The notes below the pieces were generated by a model. The model saw only the letters and a list, made by a program, of their open reading frames with translations. It was not told the origin of the DNA and did no database searches. A program made the translations under genes and the position numbers. A DNA stretch of 44,325 nucleotides from a virus (Duplodnaviria > Caudoviricetes). Shown in pieces: positions 20,702 through 29,257 of the stretch (positions are counted from its first letter, which is position 1; each line of letters begins with the position of its first letter). The DNA is taken from the IMG/VR virus record IMGVR_UViG_3300012041_000031, positions 1-44,325 of that record; one strand, 5' to 3'.

Positions 20702-21126
20702 CCGCCGCAGTTCTATTTCGCCTCGTGTCTGTGCAGGACGCGAAAGATCAATTGTCGATATTGCACGACGCAGATGATGCGTATATCGAACGGCTGATTG
20801 TCGATGCTTCGCAGATCGTCATGGACTACATCGGTTACGATTCGCTCAAGTACGATGGCTGGACAGATTCCGGTGGGCTACCGTTGACCGATTCTAATGG
20901 CGACCCACTACCAGCAGTCGCGCTCGACTCGAACGGGGATCCGCTACTTGATTCGAATGGTGATGAAATACCGACTGGTATCTCGATCATTCCTGGACCT
21001 GTGCGGCGGGCGACGCTTGTGGTTATCGCGAGGCTCGATGCCGACCGCGAGGGCATGAACGGCGATCCGCTATCGCCTGCGGTTGCCAGCTTGCTTGCTC
21101 GGTTTCGTGATCCGCCTTGTCTATGA
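20698..21126 (+). CDS. Head-tail connector (HK97 gp6/SPP1 gp15-like)
   Basis: LVSVQDAKDQL.I..D.DD.YI..LI..AS..VMDYI; IPGPVRRATL; V.SLL.RFRDP. Confidence 0.85.
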   Translation: MTAAVLFRLVSVQDAKDQLSILHDADDAYIERLIVDASQIVMDYIGYDSLKYDGWTDSGGLPLTDSNGDPLPAVALDSNGDPLLDSNGDEIPTGISIIPGPVRRATLVVIARLDADREGMNGDPLSPAVASLLARFRDPPCL

Positions 21127-21647
21127 TTACGTTTGCCGTATTAGCGACGGGGCCGTCTATGAGCCAAGCTGTCGCTGACAGCGTGCGCCACATGCGGCGC
21201 ATTGTGGTGAATGATGCGTTCCGGCTGGCGCCCGACGCGGATGCACTGGTGGCGACAGATGCGGCATGGTGGAAAGCGAATCCTGATGCGCTACAATTTG
21301 TCGGTAGACGGTTCAGCGTGTGCCCGCCGTCGCGAGGTGTTGAGCGGCTATTGTCGAGTCTAGTTAAGAGCGCAACGAATTCAGGGTTGCTTGGCGTCCA
21401 TGTGGCAATCAGGATTTTCTTTGCGAAGCGTGTGGAGTTGTACGGTTTCGACATGTCGGCGGATAACGGAGCACATTACTTCGGGCCGCACGTCGGTCTT
21501 GCGAATACGCTGCCGCGCCGCTTCGACGTCTTCAAGGCGCAGTTCGCAGCGTATCCGATACCGGCTGGCGTGACAATCATCAACCGCACTCCTAACAGCG
21601 CTCTGCGGTGCTACCCCTTTGAGGATGTATGCGAGCCGGCGAACTAA
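21123..21647 (+). CDS. Glycosyltransferase-like protein, CstII/Maf/MptE(DUF115)-like fold, paralogue A
   Basis: VLATGPSM, VVNDA, ATDAAWW, NSG, RVELYGFDM, HYFG.H, IINRTPNSAL..YP; ATGA overlap with connector. Confidence 0.65.
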   Translation: MITFAVLATGPSMSQAVADSVRHMRRIVVNDAFRLAPDADALVATDAAWWKANPDALQFVGRRFSVCPPSRGVERLLSSLVKSATNSGLLGVHVAIRIFFAKRVELYGFDMSADNGAHYFGPHVGLANTLPRRFDVFKAQFAAYPIPAGVTIINRTPNSALRCYPFEDVCEPAN

Positions 21648-21964
21648 AGCATCGCATCGACATTCAGGAACCGGCCGCGGAAGTACAGGATAGCGCCGGG
21701 CAAGTGATTTCTGGGTTCGAGACGGTCATCACGTTGCTGGCATCTATCGAGCAACTTTCGGCACGCGAACGATTTGTAGAGGCGCAGCGATTGGCGACGG
21801 CTACGCATCGAATCGTTGTGCGCTATACACCGGCACTAGATCTACTCAATGCATCGTGGCGTGTGCTATTCGGTGAACGTGTATTTCAGATTCTTGGGCA
21901 CAGTAACGTAAAAGAACGTAACCGCGATGTTGAATTGCTTTGCGAGGAAGGGCCGCCGGAATGA
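21629..21964 (+). CDS. Head closure/stopper protein (SPP1 gp16-like)
   Basis: MRAGELKHRIDIQ, LSARE, THRIVVRY, RVLFGERVFQI, ELLCEEG. Confidence 0.9.
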   Translation: MRAGELKHRIDIQEPAAEVQDSAGQVISGFETVITLLASIEQLSARERFVEAQRLATATHRIVVRYTPALDLLNASWRVLFGERVFQILGHSNVKERNRDVELLCEEGPPE

Positions 21965-22527
21965 CATCTGCTGTCCCCCGTGCCTTTCCTGGAGGCACTG
22001 TCGTCGTCATGGCAAGCGGTCCTAGCATGAGCCGTGAGGTTGCCGCTAGTGTTCGCGACTCTGGACATCCGGCGATCGTTGTGAATACTACGTTCCGCCT
22101 TGCCCCGTGGGCGTGGATGCTTTACGCGGCTGACTGGCGCTGGTGGAAGTCACACCCTGACGCGATACGGTTTCCAGGAATAAAGATGACCATTGAGGCG
22201 AATTCGCCTGAGGTCAAGCGGTTGAAGAATACCGGGATAGATGGCTTCGATCCGGATCCTACGTGTGTAAGGACGGGTAACAACAGTGGATATCAAGCGG
22301 TGCATTGCGCCATCCACACCGGGGCTGCGCGCGTGCTGCTGACTGGATTCGACATGAATGGTGGGCACTGGCATGGCGACAATGTTGGCGGGTTGCGTCG
22401 CGATTGGATAGCGCGGTTCCCTGCGCTGGGCGATGCCGCCCGTGAGCGTGGTGCTGAGATAATCAACTGTACGCCGAACAGTGCACTGAAGTCGTTTCCG
22501 ATGATGACATTAGCCGAGGCGTTCTGA
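21961..22527 (+). CDS. Glycosyltransferase-like protein, CstII/Maf/MptE(DUF115)-like fold, paralogue B
   Basis: VVMASGPSM, VVNTT, YAADWRWW, GNNSGYQA, GAARVLLTGFDM, HWHG, IINCTPNSALKSFP. Confidence 0.7.
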   Translation: MTSAVPRAFPGGTVVVMASGPSMSREVAASVRDSGHPAIVVNTTFRLAPWAWMLYAADWRWWKSHPDAIRFPGIKMTIEANSPEVKRLKNTGIDGFDPDPTCVRTGNNSGYQAVHCAIHTGAARVLLTGFDMNGGHWHGDNVGGLRRDWIARFPALGDAARERGAEIINCTPNSALKSFPMMTLAEAF

Positions 22528-22994
22528 TGGAAATCAAGCTCGTAGGTTTTTCTGAACTGCAGAAGCGTCTTCAGGAGTTTGGCCCTAAAGTCGCCGCGAA
22601 CGAGCAACGTAACGCAACGCGGGCGGCAGCGGTGGTGTTTCGTGATGCGGTACGGATGGCGGCACCTGTTCGTACGGGATTGCTGAAGGCTAATATCATT
22701 GTCAACAAGCGCAGATCGACCGAAGGTCGGTTCGTTGTAAAGTACGGCGTTAGGATCAAGGCAGTGAAGCAAAAGTACGGCAACACGTCAGCGAATCGTC
22801 GTAATCGTCGTGTAGGTAAACGCTTCGAAGTAGAAGGGCCAGCGTTCTACGGAAGGTTTATTGAGTACGGAACGTCGAAGATGCGGGCTCAGCCATTCAT
22901 GCGACCTGCGTTTGGCTCTAACGTGGACAAGGCTATTGAAGCGTTCAGGATGCGGATGGCCAAGGGCGTTGAAGACGCGGCGAAGAAGCAATGA
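22527..22994 (+). CDS. HK97 gp10-like neck/tail completion protein
   Basis: APVRTGLLK, AFYGRFIEYGTSKMRAQPFMRPAF. Confidence 0.92.
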   Translation: MEIKLVGFSELQKRLQEFGPKVAANEQRNATRAAAVVFRDAVRMAAPVRTGLLKANIIVNKRRSTEGRFVVKYGVRIKAVKQKYGNTSANRRNRRVGKRFEVEGPAFYGRFIEYGTSKMRAQPFMRPAFGSNVDKAIEAFRMRMAKGVEDAAKKQ

Positions 22995-23353
22995 CAATCG
23001 AAGAAAAGGTTTTTACCGCTCTGACTGCGGGCAGCCCGGCCCCGCTGCGCGCATATCCTGATCTCATGCCGCAGTATCCTACTTATCCGCTGGTGACTTA
23101 CATCATCGTGGCCGGTGAAGACGATATTCATCTGAACGGCGATGCCGGTACTGCGCGGCGACTAGTTCAGGTCGATGCGTGGGCGCGGACGCGGCTGGGC
23201 GCGGCACAAACGATGGCGATAGCGAAAACGCAGATGCTCGCCGCAGAAGATTTTACCGTTGGTCGCGTTGATATTTCTGGTGCGCCGACGTACGAGCCAG
23301 ATCCTGAGTTGTATCGAGCTTCGCTCGAGTTCTCGGTGCATTACGAAACATGA
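22991..23353 (+). CDS. Tail terminator (DUF3168-like)
   Basis: YP..MPQ...YPLVTY, VQVDAWA, YEPDPELYRASLEF; position in the operon. Confidence 0.85.
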   Translation: MTIEEKVFTALTAGSPAPLRAYPDLMPQYPTYPLVTYIIVAGEDDIHLNGDAGTARRLVQVDAWARTRLGAAQTMAIAKTQMLAAEDFTVGRVDISGAPTYEPDPELYRASLEFSVHYET

Positions 23354-23475
23354 GACCGCACGAGGCGCTGTTGCACGAGGTCATTATCCGCGCGTTGCAG
23401 ATGGTTCTGAACGCGTGGAAACGTTATCTGGAGGACCGCAAGAAAACTGATAGCGACGAACGCCCCGCCGCATAA
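23350..23475 (+). CDS. 41-aa amphipathic-helix protein (missing from ORF track)
   Basis: ATGA overlap with terminator gene; MRPHEALLHEVIIRALQMVLNAWKRYLEDRKKTDSDERPAA. Confidence 0.6.
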   Translation: MRPHEALLHEVIIRALQMVLNAWKRYLEDRKKTDSDERPAA

Positions 23476-23570
23476 GGCTGCACGTTCGTCGCACCGCAGT
23501 ACCGAATCTGGGCACGCTTATCTGCCGCGCAGTAATGCCCCGCAGATGGTCGCCGCTTCCCCAGTCATTT
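23453..23570 (+). ncRNA. Candidate structured cis-RNA upstream of tail tube gene
   Basis: 10-bp stem GCGACGAACG/CGTTCGTCGC with inner GCC/GGC; second nested stem ATCTG..CAGAT, GGGCA..TGCCC, CTGC..GCAG; no U tract. Confidence 0.4.
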
Positions 23571-23583
23571 CTGAGGAGCCGAC

Positions 23584-24030
23584 ATGGCCATCAATAGTCA
23601 GGGAAGTAAGATTCTGTGGGCAGACATTTCTGCATCACCCGACCCGTCGCCACTCGTGTACGCCGAGATCGAAGAAGTCACGTCGATCGGCGGGCCGGAT
23701 GGCACGCTGAACCTCATCGACGTTTCGCATCTCGGCTCAACTCGGAAGGAGTACTTGCCGGGACTTGCTGACAACGGCACGATCACGCTGGCGTGTAACT
23801 TCACAGCCGAGACCGTGCAGATGGAGATGTTCGATCTGTTCAATGCGTCGGCAGATCCGCAACCGTTCCGAATCCAGATTCCAACGGATTCGACGCGTAC
23901 CACGTTCCATACGTTTGACTTCGATGGCATCGTGACTCGTTGGTCACTGGCCGACGCGGTCGACGCCAAGGTGTCGTTGAACATCACGCTGCAAACGAGC
24001 GGTGGTGTGGTGTACGTAGGAGTCCTGTAA
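23584..24030 (+). CDS. Major tail tube protein
   Basis: GAGGAG RBS; SQGSK, IDVSHL.S..KEYLPGL.D.G, F.F.G.V, L..SG. Confidence 0.9.
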   Translation: MAINSQGSKILWADISASPDPSPLVYAEIEEVTSIGGPDGTLNLIDVSHLGSTRKEYLPGLADNGTITLACNFTAETVQMEMFDLFNASADPQPFRIQIPTDSTRTTFHTFDFDGIVTRWSLADAVDAKVSLNITLQTSGGVVYVGVL

Positions 24031-24089
24031 GCCCGGAGCGGTTCCTCGGGCGGACGGGATAGCTCGCCCATTCGTCCGAGGAGTTTCAA

Positions 24090-24392
24090 ATGTTCAAGCC
24101 CAAAGTGCACCCCTGCGAAATTGAAGAGGGGGATGAGAAATTCACGTTCTACGTTCGCGAGCCGTCGGGCCGCGAGATTTTGCAAGCTGCGGCGAAGCAG
24201 CGGAAGGACGCCTCTGCGGTCGACAACGCCAAGGAACTGTTCTCGCGCTACGTCGTCCACCAGGATGGTTCTGCGATCAGCGAAGCCGAGGTCGACGACC
24301 TGCTCGATATGCGGCTGTCGGCAATGCACAAGGTGTCTGAACTTGTGCAGCAGAAGATTGGTCTTAAGGAGTTGACCGAAAAAAAGTCCTAG
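24090..24392 (+). CDS. Tail assembly chaperone (gpG analogue)
   Basis: Lies between tube and tape measure; ends GAA AAA AAG TCC TAG at the slippery site. Confidence 0.85.
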   Translation: MFKPKVHPCEIEEGDEKFTFYVREPSGREILQAAAKQRKDASAVDNAKELFSRYVVHQDGSAISEAEVDDLLDMRLSAMHKVSELVQQKIGLKELTEKKS

Positions 24393-24409
24393 AGCCGGGC
24401 GAGCGGTTC
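24366..24409 (+). promoter_or_regulatory. Programmed -1 ribosomal frameshift signal
   Basis: A AAA AAG at 24380-24386, SD-like AAGGAG at 24366-24371, hairpin GAGCCG/CGGTTC at 24392-24409; -1 frame reads VLEPGERFLFRLALALGRTV. Confidence 0.88.
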
Positions 24410-24754
24410 CTCTTCCGTCTTGCCTTGGCACTTGGGCGTACGGTCGACGAACTGCTCGACTCGATCACCTACCGCGAGTTGGTCGGATGGGGCTCTTACT
24501 ACGAAACGGAACCGTGGGGTGAGTGGCGGGCTGATGCACGGTCGGCGCAGATTGCCGCGATCCTTGCGAATAGCAACCGCGATGTGAATAAACACCCTCA
24601 GGCGTTTGAGATCAAAGACTTCATGCTGTTTGCCAAGGCAGATGAAGCCGCAGCAGCGGCGCGGAATGCTGCGGATGGTGGTAGTGGTGCTAAGATGGAT
24701 CCGGCGTTAATGGCTTGGCTGTTCCGCAAGTCAGGTGCACGAGTGAAGGAATAG
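24386..24754 (+). CDS. Tail assembly chaperone extension (gpT analogue, DUF4035-like), expressed as frameshift fusion
   Basis: RFLFRLALALGRTVDEL...E...W..YY..EPWGEWRAD.R.AQIA; in frame with ORF 24425..24754. Confidence 0.85.
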   Translation, partial: VLEPGERFLFRLALALGRTVDELLDSITYRELVGWGSYYETEPWGEWRADARSAQIAAILANSNRDVNKHPQAFEIKDFMLFAKADEAAAAARNAADGGSGAKMDPALMAWLFRKSGARVKE

Positions 24755-24757
24755 TCG

Positions 24758-27700
24758 ATGGCTACGTCCGTTGCCGATCTCTCTATCAACGTAAGCGCGA
24801 ACATTGCGCAAGCCGTTGAGGGGATGTCGCGTCTATCGAGTTCCGTCAACAACGCAGCTCGTCAACTGACGATGCTCAACGATGTTGGGCGTAACTTCGC
24901 TGGCGGATTCATCGGTGGACTAGCTGGGGCATTCAGTATCAGCGCCATCACTGAAATGGTGACTGGCGTTATTCGCGCGGCGGCAAGCCTTGACGACTTA
25001 GCTGAAAAGACTGGTGCTAGTGTTGAGTCGCTGTCCAAGTTTGCTGGTGTTGCGCGCGTCACCGGTCAGGACCTTGGGGCGATCGAGAGCTCCATGTCGA
25101 AATTATCCAAAGCGCTCGTAGAAGCGCAGGATGATGGTAGCAAGGCGGCGCGAGCGTTCGCGGCGTTCGGCATTAACATTAAGGACGCATCCGGAAACCT
25201 CCGCAATTCCGGAGAGGTGATGGATGAGCTAGCCCGCAATCAGCAGAACTTCAGCGACGGGGCTGGTAAGTCTGCGACCATGATGCAGTTGCTCGGTAAG
25301 TCAGGTGCGTCGCTAATCCCGTTCATGAATGATTACGTGAGGCTGTCAGGTGAAATCAGCGTAACGACAGCCGAGCAAGCCCAGCGTGCGGAAGATCTTC
25401 AAATCCAAATTGGGCTGTTGCAAGAACGCATCAACAAGTTGACGAGGGATGCAATACTTCCATTGATCCCGCAAATCATGGAGGTTATTCGTTCGTTCGA
25501 ATCGCTCGGTGAAGCTATCGCTAATCTCGAGCCGTCTGGCAAAGGACCGCTCGAGGGGTTCCTGGAATCTATCAAGGAGACGAATCGCGAGACCGTTGGT
25601 GAGCTTGCGTTTTTGAAGCAAGCGGTCGAGAATTTCCAAACGTGGTGGAAGAATTCGTCGGCGCTTGATGTTACTAAGGTCGCGCTAGGAGGTAAGCCGC
25701 AGCAGTTCGCTGGAATGATTGATCCATCAGCCGCGAAGGCGGCGGCGATGTTGACAGCGGAGAACAAGGAACTCGCTAAGGTGACGCGGGAACTGCCACC
25801 GCTGATGGAAGCGACATCGAAAGCGACCGCCACGGCTGCTGTGCGGTTTGCTGCCGGGGCTGGTGGTGCAGACAAGTACGCGCAGGCGTTGACGTCTATG
25901 CAGAAGACGCTGCGCGATGTGGAAGCACAGGCAGAAAATCTAGGTCGGTCGGTAAGTGAACAAGTTGCGCCATCCATGAAGAGACTGGCCGACCTCATGG
26001 GATCGCCAGAGTGGGCGACGTTCAATAGCAGTCAGCAAGAAACGATTAAACGGCAGGCGGAAAATGCGGCTGGAGTGTGGCGTCTTGTGGAAGCCTATAA
26101 GGCGCAGGTAGAAGCGCAGGAACGCCTTGGCGAAACTATACGCCGCAATAATGAGGCGCAGTTCCAGGCGAGTGAGAAAATACGCCTTGCGATGGATTCA
26201 TTTGTCGAAGGGCTACAGGCAGAGAACGAAGAAATAACGTTCCAGATCACGCTGATCGGTAAGACCGCTGTCGAGCAGGAGCGGTTGATAGCGCTCCGTC
26301 AGATCGATCTTGAAGTTCAGCGGCAACTGAATGCGCTTGGCGATGATTATTTTGCACAGCAGGGCGTCGCTATCATTCAGGCTGGAGAGGCGGCGAAGAA
26401 GCGGTTGGAAGCGAACCTCGCGCTTAAAGCCAGCATGGAATCGCAGCAAGTCTTTCTGGAGCAGCAACAGGCGGGTTGGGCTAATCTTTTCGAAGGCATC
26501 ACTAACCGTGGTGCGGAGTTCATCGAAGACTTCGCCCAGAATGGCTCATCTGCATTCAAGCGGTTGTGGGAGGACTTCAAGTCGTGGGCACTGTCGGCGC
26601 TGGCGAAGATAGCGGCGCAGGAGATCGTCGTCAGTCTGACGGGGGTTCTTTCTAGTCAGGGTGGTGGTGGGCTGGCGGGTATCGCGTCCCAGCTTACGGG
26701 CGGAGGCGGAGGCGGAGGACTCTTGTCTCAGCTCGCTGGCGGTGGTGGTGGGCTCGGTGATATTCTAGGTGGTGCGCTTGGAGGCTTGGGGTCGTCGGCA
26801 GCGGCTGGACTGTTCTCTTCCTTCGGCGGTGCGGGGGCTGCACAGGCGGCAGCATTAGCGGCTCAGACAGCGGGCTTCGGAATGGCGGGTACTGCCGCAA
26901 CGTTGTCGGCGCTGGGAGGCGCTGGCGGGCTCATGGCGGGCGCTGCGTCGGCTGTGCTAGCGGCCGTCCCCGTGGTCGGGTGGATTGCTGCCGCTGGCAT
27001 TGCGCTTTACTCGATCTTCGGTAAGGACGACCCATCAGAGACGAAGGGCCGCATTGGTATTCGCGCGCCGGGCGCAGGCGGTTTCGAGGATGATCAAGTC
27101 AGTCAGTCGAAGCTCGGCGATGTTGGGTTCCTCGACGTCGACACGATGTACTTTTCCGGCGAGGTCGCGCAGGCGCTGACCGACATGCTCTCCGGTGCGT
27201 TGGACGCATTCGCGTACCGGATGGACGAAGAGGGGCAGGACCGGCTCGCGAAGATCCTGCAGGAAACGACTTTCGAGGCATTCGAAGGTACGTTTACCAC
27301 TGAGGACTTCCTCAAGAAGTTCGGCGGCGAAGCGTTGCAGCAAGTTGTCGAGATAGCGTTCAACGAATTGGCGCCCGCCCTCGGTGCTGTCATGGAGGGA
27401 TTCTCCGGTACGGCCGAAGAGGTCGCGAACTTCAGCAACACGCTGCTCGGTATTTACGATGTCACGCGTGAGCTCCCCGAAGCGGTAAGGGAGAACATTC
27501 TCGGTGCGCTGGATGCGACGCAGGAAACGGCGGACAAGGTTCTGGCGTTCGCTGCCGCGTTGCAGAGTTTCGGGGGTGTGCTGGAGGGCGTCGGGCCGCA
27601 GCTTGAGGCGCTGGATCCGGCATCAATCATTGCGTTTGTCGACGCGCTCGGTGGTGCGCAGAACGTTGCGCAGTCGTTCGCGTTCCTTTCGCAGAATTTC

Positions 27701-29257
27701 CTTACCGATGCGGAGCGGTTCAATCTTGCAACTGAAAGCTTCAACGCGGCGTTTGAAGCGATTGGTCTAACAATCGAGGATTTAGCGAATGCCGGGTTGA
27801 CTGGGCTCCCGCAGACGCATGAAGAATTCATGCGGTTGCTGACTAGCTTCGACTTGACTACGGAAGCGGGACGCGAACTCTATACTTCCGTGCTCGGGTT
27901 GTCGCAGGCATTTGTTGTTATCAATGGTACGGCGCAGTCCGCGCAGGAAGCGATGGAGGCGCTGGACGCTGAATTGGCAGGCGGGCTTGACTTCATCGAC
28001 GAGAATTTCCGCACGCAGGCCGATCGCGCTGCGCGCGCCACTGCCGATCTGGCGGAAGCGTTCGCCGACATAGGGCTTGCGGTGCCAGAGTCGCATGCTG
28101 CATTTTTGAAGATGCTCGACGGCATTGACCGCACCACGGACGCAGGTCGTGCGCTGTATACCGCACTGGTAAAGCTGGCGCCCGCATTCGTCGATGTAAA
28201 CGGGGCCGTGAAAGACTTGGTGAATGAGCTTAATAAAGTGAATGTAGTCGACCTCGGCAGCGTTGGTAAGCAAGTGCGTTCCGAGTTTGCGCGGATTATG
28301 GACGGCATTACCAACCTCGTCGGCCAGATGGGCGGCGATATGGGCGAAAAGCTATCGCAGAAGATGCGCTTGATCGCTGTGGAAATAGAACGCGTGACCG
28401 CAGGTCTTGGCAACGTGACGCCCGGCAGCGCAGAGTACCAAGCACTCCTGGAGCTCATAGACAAGCTGCGGTATGCGAACGGATCTGCGGCGGAGCAGCT
28501 AGCGCGCTTTACTATTCTCACAGCGCAGTACGACGCGGAACGAGCGGGTGCTCTTGTTGATCTGGGCAATTGGTACGCAGAGCAGCAGGCGTTGTACGCT
28601 GGGAACGCCGAGGCGCTGGCCGCGCTAGAAAAGATCATGACCGCCAAGTGGGTCGAGATCGTCAATGGCGTCGGGACTGGTGTCACTGGAACGATCAGCG
28701 AACTGGAGCGTCTGCGCCAAGGCATCGCGGACTGGCTCAAGGGACTGACCGTCGGCGAGCTGTCGCCGCTGAAGCCGATGGACCGGCTGAAGGAAGCGGA
28801 GAAGCAGTTCCTCGCCATATTCGACAAGGCGAAGGGCGGTGATAAGGACGCGCTTTCCAACATCACGAAATTCGCCGAGCAATACCTGCGCATCGCGCGC
28901 GATCTGTTCAAGTCGTCGGATCAGTACACAGAAATCTTCGACATGATTACGACGATGCTTGCTGGGCTTGCGGGAACGTCGCCGACCGGTCTACCATATC
29001 CTCCCGACGGGCCGCCTGTGATTCCCACTGCTCCAGACCTGAGCCCCGGTGGTGTTCTTGCGGCCGCGATGCCAGCGAACGGCAGACCCATCGCATCGAC
29101 TGATGACATCAGGTGGCTCGCCGAGGTCATGCGCGAAACGATGGCCACTACCATCGGCGCGCTAGCCGACGCGAATACCGCTGACTCCGAGTTAGTCGTT
29201 GAAGAGCTGACGGCGACACGGCGCACCCTAGACAACAGGCGTGAGGTTCGCAAGTGA
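24758..29257 (+). CDS. Tape measure protein (1499 aa)
   Basis: Long helical Ala/Leu/Glu-rich ORF after the chaperones; LDDLAEKTG, Gly-rich hydrophobic segment, duplicated NF.T..ER...D.TT.AGR.LY modules, LSPL.P..RL. Confidence 0.93.
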   Translation: MATSVADLSINVSANIAQAVEGMSRLSSSVNNAARQLTMLNDVGRNFAGGFIGGLAGAFSISAITEMVTGVIRAAASLDDLAEKTGASVESLSKFAGVARVTGQDLGAIESSMSKLSKALVEAQDDGSKAARAFAAFGINIKDASGNLRNSGEVMDELARNQQNFSDGAGKSATMMQLLGKSGASLIPFMNDYVRLSGEISVTTAEQAQRAEDLQIQIGLLQERINKLTRDAILPLIPQIMEVIRSFESLGEAIANLEPSGKGPLEGFLESIKETNRETVGELAFLKQAVENFQTWWKNSSALDVTKVALGGKPQQFAGMIDPSAAKAAAMLTAENKELAKVTRELPPLMEATSKATATAAVRFAAGAGGADKYAQALTSMQKTLRDVEAQAENLGRSVSEQVAPSMKRLADLMGSPEWATFNSSQQETIKRQAENAAGVWRLVEAYKAQVEAQERLGETIRRNNEAQFQASEKIRLAMDSFVEGLQAENEEITFQITLIGKTAVEQERLIALRQIDLEVQRQLNALGDDYFAQQGVAIIQAGEAAKKRLEANLALKASMESQQVFLEQQQAGWANLFEGITNRGAEFIEDFAQNGSSAFKRLWEDFKSWALSALAKIAAQEIVVSLTGVLSSQGGGGLAGIASQLTGGGGGGGLLSQLAGGGGGLGDILGGALGGLGSSAAAGLFSSFGGAGAAQAAALAAQTAGFGMAGTAATLSALGGAGGLMAGAASAVLAAVPVVGWIAAAGIALYSIFGKDDPSETKGRIGIRAPGAGGFEDDQVSQSKLGDVGFLDVDTMYFSGEVAQALTDMLSGALDAFAYRMDEEGQDRLAKILQETTFEAFEGTFTTEDFLKKFGGEALQQVVEIAFNELAPALGAVMEGFSGTAEEVANFSNTLLGIYDVTRELPEAVRENILGALDATQETADKVLAFAAALQSFGGVLEGVGPQLEALDPASIIAFVDALGGAQNVAQSFAFLSQNFLTDAERFNLATESFNAAFEAIGLTIEDLANAGLTGLPQTHEEFMRLLTSFDLTTEAGRELYTSVLGLSQAFVVINGTAQSAQEAMEALDAELAGGLDFIDENFRTQADRAARATADLAEAFADIGLAVPESHAAFLKMLDGIDRTTDAGRALYTALVKLAPAFVDVNGAVKDLVNELNKVNVVDLGSVGKQVRSEFARIMDGITNLVGQMGGDMGEKLSQKMRLIAVEIERVTAGLGNVTPGSAEYQALLELIDKLRYANGSAAEQLARFTILTAQYDAERAGALVDLGNWYAEQQALYAGNAEALAALEKIMTAKWVEIVNGVGTGVTGTISELERLRQGIADWLKGLTVGELSPLKPMDRLKEAEKQFLAIFDKAKGGDKDALSNITKFAEQYLRIARDLFKSSDQYTEIFDMITTMLAGLAGTSPTGLPYPPDGPPVIPTAPDLSPGGVLAAAMPANGRPIASTDDIRWLAEVMRETMATTIGALADANTADSELVVEELTATRRTLDNRREVRK

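Noticed and set aside
27692-28192. Duplicated NF.T..ER...D.TT.AGR.LY module in the tape measure
   Set aside because: A real repeat, but an ordinary feature of this type of tape measure protein
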